Assembly (NCBI GenBank): GCA_040954595.2
Contig: CM082597.2
Span: 4,655,244-4,719,243 of the forward strand
Source: Balanoglossus misakiensis
Taxonomy: Eukaryota; Animalia; Hemichordata
Direction of reading: 5' to 3'
DNA length: 64,000 bases
Shown here: in pieces, positions 15,001 through 24,957 of the stretch
Numbering within the stretch: position 1 is the stretch's first letter
How the letters are laid out: every line of letters starts with the position of its first letter
Program-made: the position numbers and the translations under genes
The notes under the pieces: generated by a model
Told to the model about the DNA's origin: nothing
Databases searched by the model: none
The model's input: only the letters and a program-made list of their open reading frames with translations

Positions 15001-18000
15001 AGTTGCCGAATTTCGCGATTTTCGGCCGATTTGAACATTTTTCATGGGTTAACCATCATGGTTTTTGTCGAAAAACCGCGAATTTTCGAGTTGCCGAATT
15101 TCGCGATTTTCGGCCGATTTGAACATTTTTCATGGGTTAACCATCATGGTTTTTGTCGAAAAACCGCGAATTTTCGAGTTGCCGAATTTCGCGATTTTCG
15201 GCCGATTTGAACATTTTTCATGGGTTAACCATCATGGTTTTTGTCGAAAAACCGCGAATTTTCGAGTTGCCGAATTTCGCGATTTTCGGCCGATTTGAAC
15301 ATTTTTCATGGGTTAACCATCATGGTTTTTGTCGAAAAACCGCGAATTTTCGAGTTGCGGAATTTCGCGATTTTCGGCCGATTTGAACATTTTTCATGGG
15401 TTAACCATCATGGTTTTTGTCGAAAAACCGCGAATTTTCGAGTTGCGGAATTTCGCGATTTTCGGCCGATTTGAACATTTTTCATGGGTTAACCATCATG
15501 GTTTTTGTCGAAAAACCGCGAATTTTCGAGTTGCCGAATTTCGCGATTTTCGGCCGATTTGAACATTTTTCATGGGTTAACCATCATGGTTTTTGTCGAA
15601 AAACCGCGAATTTTCGAGTTGCCGAATTTCGCGATTTTCGGCCGATTTGAACATTTTTCATGGGTTAACCATCATGGTTTTTGTCGAAAAACCGCGAATT
15701 TTCGAGTTGCCGAATTTCGCGATTTTCGGCCGATTTGAACATTTTTCATGGGTTAACCATCATGGTTTTTGTCGAAAAACCGCGAATTTTCGAGTTGCCG
15801 AATTTCGCGATTTTCGGCCGATTTGAACATTTTTCATGGGTTAACCATCATGGTTTTTGTCGAAAAACCGCGAATTTTCGAGTTGCCGAATTTCGCGATT
15901 TTCGGCCGATTTGAACATTTTTCATGGGTTAACCATCATGGTTTTTGTCGAAAAACCGCGAATTTTCGAGTTGCCGAATTTCGAGATTTTCGGCCGATTT
16001 GAACATTTTTCATGGGTTAACCATCATGGTTTTTGTCGAAAAACCGCGAATTTTCGAGTTGCCGAATTTCGAGATTTTCGGCCGATTTGAACATTTTTCA
16101 TGGGTTAACCATCATGGTTTTTGTCGAAAAACCGCGAATTTTCGAGTTGCCGAATTTCGAGATTTTCGGCCGATTTGAACATTTTTCATGGGTTAACCAT
16201 CATGGTTTTTGTCGAAAAACCGCGAATTTTCGAGTTGCCGAATTTCGAGATTTTCGGCCGATTTGAACATTTTTCATGGGTTAACCATCATGGTTTTTGT
16301 CGAAAAACCGCGAATTTTCGAGTTGCCGAATTTCGCGATTTTCGGCCGATTTGAACATTTTTCATGGGTTAACCATCATGGTTTTTGTCGAAAAACCGCG
16401 AATTTTCGAGTTGCCGAATTTCGCGATTTTCGGCCGATTTGAACATTTTTCATGGGTTAACCATCATGGTTTTTGTCGAAAAACCGCGAATTTTCGAGTT
16501 GCCGAATTTCGCGATTTTCGGCCGATTTGAACATTTTTCATGGGTTAACCATCATGGTTTTTGTCGAAAAACCGCGAATTTTCGAGTTGCGGAATTTCGC
16601 GATTTTCGGCCGATTTGAACATTTTTCATGGGTTAACCATCATGGTTTTTGTCGAAAAACCGCGAATTTTCGAGTTGCCGAATTTCGAGATTTTCGGCCG
16701 ATTTGAACATTTTTCATGGGTTAACCATCATGGTTTTTGTCGAAAAACCGCGAATTTTCGAGTTGCCGAATTTCGAGATTTTCGGCCGATTTGAACATTT
16801 TTCATGGGTTAACCATCATGGTTTTTGTCGAAAAACCGCGAATTTTCGAGTTGCCGAATTTCGAGATTTTCGGCCGATTTGAACATTTTTCATGGGTTAA
16901 CCATCATGGTTTTTGTCGAAAAACCGCGAATTTTCGAGTTGCCGAATTTCGAGATTTTCGGCCGATTTGAACATTTTTCATGGGTTAACCATCATGGTTT
17001 TTGTCGAAAAACCGCGAATTTTCGAGTTGCCGAATTTCGAGATTTTCGGCCGATTTGAACATTTTTCATGGGTTAACCATCATGGTTTTTGTCGAAAAAC
17101 CGCGAATTTTCGAGTTGCCGAATTTCGCGATTTTCGGCCGATTTGAACATTTTTCATGGGTTAACCATCATGGTTTTTGTCGAAAAACCGCGAATTTTCG
17201 AGTTGCCGAATTTCGCGATTTTCGGCCGATTTGAACATTTTTCATGGGTTAACCATCATGGTTTTTGTCGAAAAACCGCGAATTTTCGAGTTGCCGAATT
17301 TCGCGATTTTCGGCCGATTTGAACATTTTTCATGGGTTAACCATCATGGTTTTTGTCGAAAAACCGCGAATTTTCGAGTTGCCGAATTTCGCGATTTTCG
17401 GCCGATTTGAACATTTTTCATGGGTTAACCATCATGGTTTTTGTCGAAAAACCGCGAATTTTCGAGTTGCCGAATTTCGCGATTTTCGGCCGATTTGAAC
17501 ATTTTTCATGGGTTAACCATCATGGTTTTTGTCGAAAAACCGCGAATTTTCGAGTTGCCGAATTTCGCGATTTTCGGCCGATTTGAACATTTTTCATGGG
17601 TTAACCATCATGGTTTTTGTCGAAAAACCGCGAATTTTCGAGTTGCCGAATTTCGCGATTTTCGGCCGATTTGAACATTTTTCATGGGTTAACCATCATG
17701 GTTTTTGTCGAAAAACCGCGAATTTTCGAGTTGCCGAATTTCGCGATTTTCGGCCCTTTTGAACATTTTTCATGGGTTAACCATCATGGTTTTTGTCGAA
17801 AAACCGCGAATTTTCGAGTTGCCGAATTTCGCGATTTTCGGCCGATTTGAACATTTTTCATGGGTTAACCATCATGGTTTTTGTCGAAAAACCGCGAATT
17901 TTCGAGTTGCCGAATTTCGCGATTTTCGGCCGATTTGAACATTTTTCATGGGTTAACCATCATGGTTTTTGTCGAAAAACCGCGAATTTTCGAGTTGCCG

Positions 18001-19026
18001 AATTTCGGGATTTTCGGCCGATTTGAACATTTTTCATGGGTTAACCATCATGGTTTTTGTCGAAAAACCGCGAATTTTCGAGTTGCCGAATTTCGCGATT
18101 TTCGGCCGATTTGAACATTTTTCATGGGTTAACCATCATGGTTTTTGTCGAAAAACCACGAATTTTCGAGTTGCCGAATTTCGCGATTTTCGGCCCTTTT
18201 GAACATTTTTCATGGGTTAACCATCATGGTTTTTGTCGAAAAACCACGAATTTTCGAGTTGCCGAATTTCGCGATTTTCGGCCGATTTGAACATTTTTCA
18301 TGGGTTAACCATCATGGTTTTTGTCGAAAAACCGCGAATTTTCGAGTTGCCGAATTTCGCGATTTTCGGCCGATTTGAACATTTTTCATGGGTTAACCAT
18401 CATGGTTTTTGTCGAAAAACCGCGAATTTTCGAGTTGCCGAATTTCGCGATTTTCGGCCGATTTGAACATTTTTCATGGGTTAACCATCATGGTTTTTGT
18501 CGAAAAACCGCGAATTTTCGAGTTGCCGAATTTCGCGATTTTCGGCCGATTTGAACATTTTTCATGGGTTAACCATCATGGTTTTTGTCGAAAAACCGCG
18601 AATTTTCGAGTTGCCGAATTTCGAGATTTTCGGCCGATTTGAACATTTTTCATGGGTTAACCATCATGGTTTTTGTCGAAAAACCGCGAATTTTCGAGTT
18701 GCCGAATTTCGAGATTTTCGGCCGATTTGAACATTTTTCATGGGTTAACCATCATGGTTTTTGTCGAAAAACCGCGAATTTTCGAGTTGCCGAATTTCGA
18801 GATTTTCGGCCGATTTGAACATTTTTCATGGGTTAACCATCATGGTTTTTGTCGAAAAACCGCGAATTTTCGGGTTGCCGAATCTCGCGATTTTCGGCCG
18901 ATTTGAACATTTTTCATGGGTTAACCATCATGTTTTTTGTCGAAAAACCGCGAATTTTCGGGTTGCCGAATTTCGAGATTTTCGGCCGTTTTGAACATTT
19001 TTCATGGGTTAACCATCATGGTTTTG
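3045..19026. repeat. 88-bp tandem satellite, right arm (reverse complement of the left arm), ~180 monomers
   Basis: Same monomer reverse-complemented (TTTGAACATTTTTCATGGGTTAACCATCATGGTTTTTGTCG...), nearly invariant; ORF track switches from - to + strand at ~3,050. Confidence 0.99.
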
Positions 19027-19029
19027 TGC

Positions 19030-19185
19030 AAATCGAAAATTTGTCATTTTTTGACAAAAATCATGATGTATAACCCATGAAAAATGTTCAAAAATGCCCA
19101 AAAAATCAAATTTCAAAAAGTCGAAAATTGGCCATTTTTTGAAAAAAATTATGATGTATAACCCATGAAAAACGTCCGAAAAAGG
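19030..19185. repeat. Degenerate edge monomers of the satellite, back in orientation A
   Basis: TTGACAAAAATCATGATGTATAACCCATGAAAAATGTTCAAAA... and ...ATGATGTATAACCCATGAAAAACGTCC match the left-arm monomer with many substitutions. Confidence 0.85.
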
Positions 19186-19878
19186 CCCAATGCAATGACC
19201 CTCTTTAAACATAGTTGAGTATTCTGGAGCAATAACTGCCATAAAATTACTATGGAGGCTTGATATCATGGACTTTGTCCCCAGTTATGATATTAACCTT
19301 GTTAAACGAACACTGACCTTTTACCATTTACATGGCTCGATGAGTGTAGAATGACGCTTGGACCTCAGGCAAGTAAATTTATTATAGCGCCACATTTCCA
19401 GAACTGAAATCACCCAGCCACAACATTCATACAAATTCGCCACCATCTTCTAACGTAGCTAATTTCTATTTATTATACATCCGATAAAATTCAATACATT
19501 AACTGAATTTATAGCAGTATGTGCATCCATTTGTTGAATATTCGAGTTAGGAATTACACAACAAGACACTGTGAAATCACGGTTCTGGTATTCATAAAAC
19601 TAAGTACAGTAATTCAAGAAATATAGCATAAGATCATAAAATACAGGTATGCAAATTTATAGTTGGTTTATTAGAAAATTCAAAGTGTCTCTTAATATGG
19701 TTAAAGCCATATACATACAGTATCCACACAAAGTCTTCTAAAATTCTCGACAGTACCTCTTGATTTAAAAATAATTGCACAAATTGGTTGTTTTAAGTTT
19801 ATCTGATTTTTTTCAACTATAATCTGGCCAGAAATACATATCTACAAAGATGTACATCCCAAGATGATCAAATCAAAC

Positions 19879-20891
19879 CTAAGCATCAGGGGATGAGATG
19901 AAGCTTGTTTCCATGGATTTCAACAGGTCTTTATCCTCTTCATCTTCATCTTGCTCTGTCAAGTCTTCAAACTCTACATCTTGGATGTCTTCTTCTCGAT
20001 CACCTGGTAAAATAAACAAATTTGGTTTAGTCCAATGGATGCATGAGATTATCTTGGCTTGTATCACGCAAATTCACACTCAACTGACATTAGGTACATC
20101 GACAAAAATTACTGAAAAGTAAGAAACAAGTTATAGCTAGTGGTCCTTTTAACTATGCAAGAGTAAAGAAATAACAAAGAAAAAATACACACCTCTGATT
20201 TGCAATTCATGTTTACACAACTTGTACTCTTCAATGTAGACAACTGTGTCCAGCGCCAGGTGGATGACCTCGATCTCTTTTCGTAACTGGCGTGTCACGA
20301 TCACTCTCTCCATCCGTGTATTCAGCTGACCGGTCTGGTACTCCGTCCAGAGTTTCTGCAACGCCGCCATCTCGCGGCAGTCCAGTACGAAGGTCAGGTC
20401 GTCCCAGTTGGCGTGTTTGATTCGCAGCCCCTTGTGGACTCTCAGTAACTGTTTCTGGGCGGTCTCGAATTCTTTCCTCTGTTTGCCGTACAAAGCGTTG
20501 TCCACGTCCACCATCGTTTTCCCCTTTTCGGATACGCCACCCTTGGTGCGAATCCGTACACGAATTTCAACTAGAAAAAAGGGGAAACAATTGATAAACC
20601 TGAGAGCTGAATTATACTGAACTAAACAGGGTACCTGTGTAAAGTGTGACAATTAAAAAACAGGTGACCAGTCACCTTTGCAACATGTGTAAATCTTAAT
20701 TCACTGTACTTACATGGATTTCTTGTCTGTTTCCATTTCTGGTCTGCTTTTGGGTTTGATACTGCGCCTCCTTCGCCTTCTACATTCTCTTGTGAAACTG
20801 TTTCTATGGAGAAAGCACACCATGAGTGTGAATAAACTTTGATTATTAACACTTAGTCTGTCTTAGTCTGTCTGTGTGTATGTGTGTGTAC

Positions 20892-20924
<33 letters not shown>

Positions 20925-23900
20925 TGTATGTATGTATGTATGTATGTATGTATGTATGATAATGTATGTATGTATGTATGTATGTATGTATGTATGTATG
21001 TATGTATGTAGAGTGTAAAATATAAAATATGCTCGACCGTAGTTCCTGTCTTCTGAATGATCTTTATTTAAAACCAACGTTTCGGCAGTACACAGACTGC
21101 CTTCTTCAGGGTATACTAATGGAAACAAATAAAACACGATAGGAATCGGTTAAAATAGGTATGTGGTAAAAAGCAGTAAATTTCAGAAAATTAACAAAAT
21201 TGGCATTACAATAAAAGGCGTCTCTGTGTGACTAGAGGTTAAAAAATGAATGGTAATGACAAAAGTTGTACATTTCATGGGAATAAAATCACTATATATG
21301 TGTAGAATGAAGAGAGAAACCAACCTTGATACGAAGTTGCAGCGTATCGAGAAGTACAGTGATGGTGTTGGAAACTGACTCCCTAGTGTGGGGCAGAAAG
21401 ATCAAATGTAGACCCCCAGGTGAGATGAGAATAGAGGAACATGGTATGGAGGCATCATCCCTCCTTACGGTTGATACCATTTGGCGATAGGGTACCAAAC
21501 TCAGTAATGAAGTAGAGTTCTTTTTGACGTCGGGTTTGTGTGTTGGGGCTGAATATTTTGCAGAGGCCACTGGCATGAAAGTGACTGAGGTTGTGACCAG
21601 GTTGGTTAAAATGTTCTGAGACAGGGGTGGGTTTGTTATTTTTGATGGTGTAGATGTGTTCATATAGGCGTCGTTTGAATTCTCTTTTTGTTTCGCCTAT
21701 ATATTGTTTTAGGCATTTCTGGCAGGTTATGATGTAGATAAGGTTGCGGGTAGTGCATTTGATGTTCCCAATGACTTTGTGGGTTTTGCCGGTGTGTGTA
21801 CTTGTGATGGTGTCTGTTTCTGAAATAAAGGGACATTGGTTGCATTTGCCACATCGTTTGGTGTCGCCAGTAGTGCGATCGATGGGTGTGGTTTTCAGGT
21901 TTGCTCTTACAAGGATCTTCCTCATGTTGGGGGACTGTTTGTACGCTGTTATTGGTAATTCCTTAATGGCCTTGTTTATTTCTGTGTCATTGGAAATAAT
22001 GCCCCAGTGTTTGGTGAGAATGTCGGAAATTTTGGGGAGGACAGGATTGAAGGTGACAACCAAGGGAATTCTTTGGTTGTGTCGTCTGGGGCTCGAGTGG
22101 TTGGCGTTGATGAGTTGTTTTCTGTCTAGGTTCTTAGTCATATGACAAAGCCACTAGTGATCTGAGAGAGCATTTCAGGGCAAGGGGCTATAATCCACAT
22201 AAGATCGACCATGACATCAACAAAGCTAAGAACCTAGACAGAAAACAACTCATCAACGCCAACCACTCGAGCCCCAGACGACACAACCAAAGAATTCCCT
22301 TGGTTGTCACCTTCAATCCTGTCCTCCCCAAAATTTCCGACATTCTCACCAAACACTGGGGCATTATTTCCAATGACACAGAAATAAACAAGGCCATTAA
22401 GGAATTACCAATAACAGCGTACAAACAGTCCCCCAACATGAGGAAGATCCTTGTAAGAGCAAACCTGAAAACCACACCCATCGATCGCACTACTGGCGAC
22501 ACCAAACGATGTGGCAAATGCAACCAATGTCCCTTTATTTCAGAAACAGACACCATCACAAGTACACACACCGGCAAAACCCACAAAGTCATTGGGAACA
22601 TCAAATGCACTACCCGCAACCTTATCTACATCATAACCTGCCAGAAATGCCTAAAACAATATATAGGCGAAACAAAAAGAGAATTCAAACGACGCCTATA
22701 TGAACACATCTACACCATCAAAAATAACAAACCCACCCCTGTCTCAGAACATTTTAACCAACCTGGTCACAACCTCAGTCACTTTCATGCCAGTGGCCTC
22801 TGCAAAATATTCAGCCCCAACACACAAACCCGACGTCAAAAAGAACTCTACTTCATTACTGAGTTTGGTACCCTATCGCCAAATGGTATCAACCGTAAGG
22901 AGGGATGATGCCTCCATACCATGTTCCTCTATTCTCATCTCACCTGGGGGTCTACATTTGATCTTTCTGCCCCACACTAGGGAGTCAGTTTCCTACACCA
23001 TCACTGTACTTCTCGATACGCTGCAACTTCGTATCAAGGTTGGTTTCTCTCTTCATTCTACACATATATAGTGATTTTATTCCCATGAAATGTACAACTT
23101 TTGTCATTACCATTCATTTTTTAACCTCTAGTCACACAGAGACGCCTTTTATTGTAATGCCAATTTTGTTAATTTTCTGAAATTTACTGCTTTTTACCAC
23201 ATACCTATTTTAACCGATTCCTATCGTGTTTTATTTGTTTCCATTAGTATACCCTGAAGAAGGCAGTCTGTGTACTGCCGAAACGTTGGTTTTAAATAAA
23301 GATCATTCAGAAGACAGGAACTACGGTCGAGCATATTTTATATTTTACACTCTGTTCTACGTCCGATGTGCTCCCGCCTTCCGCTGAAAACTTCGATAGT
23401 TGTAGTTGGACTGACTTTCCTACCTATCCTATGTATGTATGTATGTATGTATGTATGTATGTATGTATGTATGTATGTATGTATGTATGTATGTATGTAT
23501 GTATGTATGTATTTATGTATGTATGTATGTATATTTCTGTAGCTTGTGTCATTGTTTATGTATTTGTATGCAAATAATAAATAACAATGGCTAATCTTGG
23601 ATAGCCTTGGGCTAACTCAGAGCAATTAAACCTAGTTTAAAAACATAAGCTTTGATCTGCACTGTCTGTGATACCATAGCTCACACCTCCACTTTACATT
23701 ACCTGAGCTGAGCGATGACACCCATTCCATCTGATAAGGCATATCGACGATAAACGTCCCCAGAACCATCCTGATGAAATCCTCATTGACTTTCGGCAAG
23801 GTGTCAGTGCTTGCAGTCTTCACCGCAGCAGCCAGGTTGGCAGCCCTCTGCTTGGCAGCCGGCAGGTCCATCAGCACGTCCATGATCCTGTCGGAGATCG

Positions 23901-24957
23901 CATCGCGGTTATCCTCGATGTCCACGCAGACGTCCGACTGGAAGTCCGGGAAGTTCTCCGCTACGAGGGCGTGGCTGTCCGAGTCCCGCGGAATGAGAGT
24001 GGGTACGCCCGCGGCCATGGCGCTGAACGCGAACTGGAAAGAGTACGCAGACACTGGAGGTATGAGAACGAGGTCTGACGAACGTAGCTCGACCCTTAAG
24101 CTTTCTGACAGCGGTCGTGGAACAATGGTAACTTCTTTCGAGTGTGGAGTCAGAGTTTCCACGATCTTGTCTTCCATTTCTGCCGGGACTCCAATGATGT
24201 GCCATTTGGGGAGGACGGCATTCGGTTCGTACAGTGTGCTGACCGCTTGGCTGACAGCATGAGCCAGGGGCACGTAGCCATCGATTTCTCTCAGGTCCCC
24301 GCACGGAAGATACGACAGAATCTTCACTTCATCTTTGGCTTCTTCTTCCACTTGTCCCTGGTTCAGGATGTTGTATTCTGGCATTGGCAAGAGCTTGAAG
24401 TGGCTGATGTTATGCAGGTTCTGATACCGCGGCTGGAAGTAATTGTACGCTTTGGGGCCGATGGAAAAGATGGCGTCTGCTTCCTTACTCTCCTGGACCA
24501 ACCATTTGCAGCGCTGGAAGAACTCCTCCCAGTTATAACCCAGCGTCTTGGGAGTGGAGTCGGCCATGGACCAACAGTTCACCAGGAAGTACCGAGCACT
24601 CGGGAACTCCCTTTTCCACATTCGCAACGCGGCGTCTGACGTCACGAGTCCGAAACCCAGCACGATTTTCACATCTTTCAGCTCACTGACATCAGGGTAA
24701 TACACTTCATATGCATACACCCAGTCAGGGTGAGGGCGTCGGAAACGCAATCGGCCTTTGGGGTCAGGGGTCACGATTCTGTCAACCCCCATGTCGGCAG
24801 CCTCTTTTTCAATTTCACGCGTACTCTCCAGGAATGTGCAGTAGACAGACAATCCTATTGCATGTACAATGCGGACAATCAGTCTAGTGGCTGCAGCTGG
24901 TCCTCCGTCTATCAGTGAGCCCCACCGTTCATTTATGATCAAAACGGCAGGAGCCAT
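19879..24957 (-). CDS. GT-B/GT4-like glycosyltransferase domain plus TRADD-N-like domain protein (~615 aa, 4 coding exons)
   Basis: Exons 24957-23703, 20803-20714, 20570-20193, 20003-19879, all GT-AG with phase-1 joins, total 1848 nt (616 codons), no internal stop. GT-B features: N-terminal VLIINERWGS..GG, ADAIFSIGPK, DLVLIPP...AMAAGVPTLI. Exon 3 (LTFVLDCREMAALQKLWTEYQTGQL) resembles the metazoan TRADD-N-like module. Acidic C-terminal tail. Confidence 0.75.
20877..21009 (+). repeat. (TATG)n microsatellite, left flank of the Penelope-like element
   Basis: Directly visible tatgtatg run. Confidence 0.95.
21073..21112 (-). ncRNA. Minimal hammerhead ribozyme, inverted-arm copy
   Basis: Exact reverse complement of 23251-23290. 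Confidence 0.8.
21455..22137 (-). pseudogene. Inverted copy of the Penelope-like GIY-YIG endonuclease fragment
   Basis: Translation identical to the + strand copy over the shared region. Confidence 0.9.
22300..22908 (+). pseudogene. Penelope-like element ORF fragment: RT-EN linker, Cys-rich knuckle and GIY-YIG endonuclease
   Basis: PLVVTFNP..L, PITAYKQSPNMRKILV, KRCGKCNQC, NLIYIITCQKCLKQYIGETKREFKRRLYEH, PVSEHF, KELYFI..FGTLSPNGIN: typical PLE endonuclease motifs. RT is missing. Confidence 0.9.
23251..23290 (+). ncRNA. Minimal type I hammerhead ribozyme of the Penelope-like element
   Basis: ACC CTGAAGA A GGCAGT-ctgtgt-ACTGCC GAAA CGTT GGT: CUGANGA and GAAA core, 6-bp stem II, 3-bp stem I (ACC/GGT), palindromic AACGTT in place of stem III. 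Matches the known PLE minimal hammerhead architecture. Confidence 0.8.
23430..23531 (+). repeat. (TATG)n microsatellite, right flank of the Penelope-like element
   Basis: Directly visible; same strand orientation as the left flank. Confidence 0.95.

Larger units (their letters stand above)
21010..23430. mobile_element. 5'-truncated Penelope-like retroelement (GIY-YIG type, probably Neptune-like) with an inverted duplicate arm
   Basis: Inverted arms 21010-22137 and 22226-23353 (1128 bp each) around an 88-bp spacer. Both arms encode the same GIY-YIG endonuclease C-terminus and carry a 3' hammerhead motif. No RT core is present. Confidence 0.92.

Noticed and set aside
1-19026. CRISPR-like array
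   Set aside because: No unique spacers, no cas genes, eukaryotic context; monomers are contiguous.
33-19073. About 200 ORFs of 77 aa (MSKNREFSS...)
   Set aside because: They come from reading an 88-bp repeat through its three frames from TTG starts; no coding signature.
22138-22225. Penelope spacer length (88 bp) equals the satellite monomer length
   Set aside because: No sequence similarity; the spacer is mostly upstream PLE ORF sequence, so this is coincidence.
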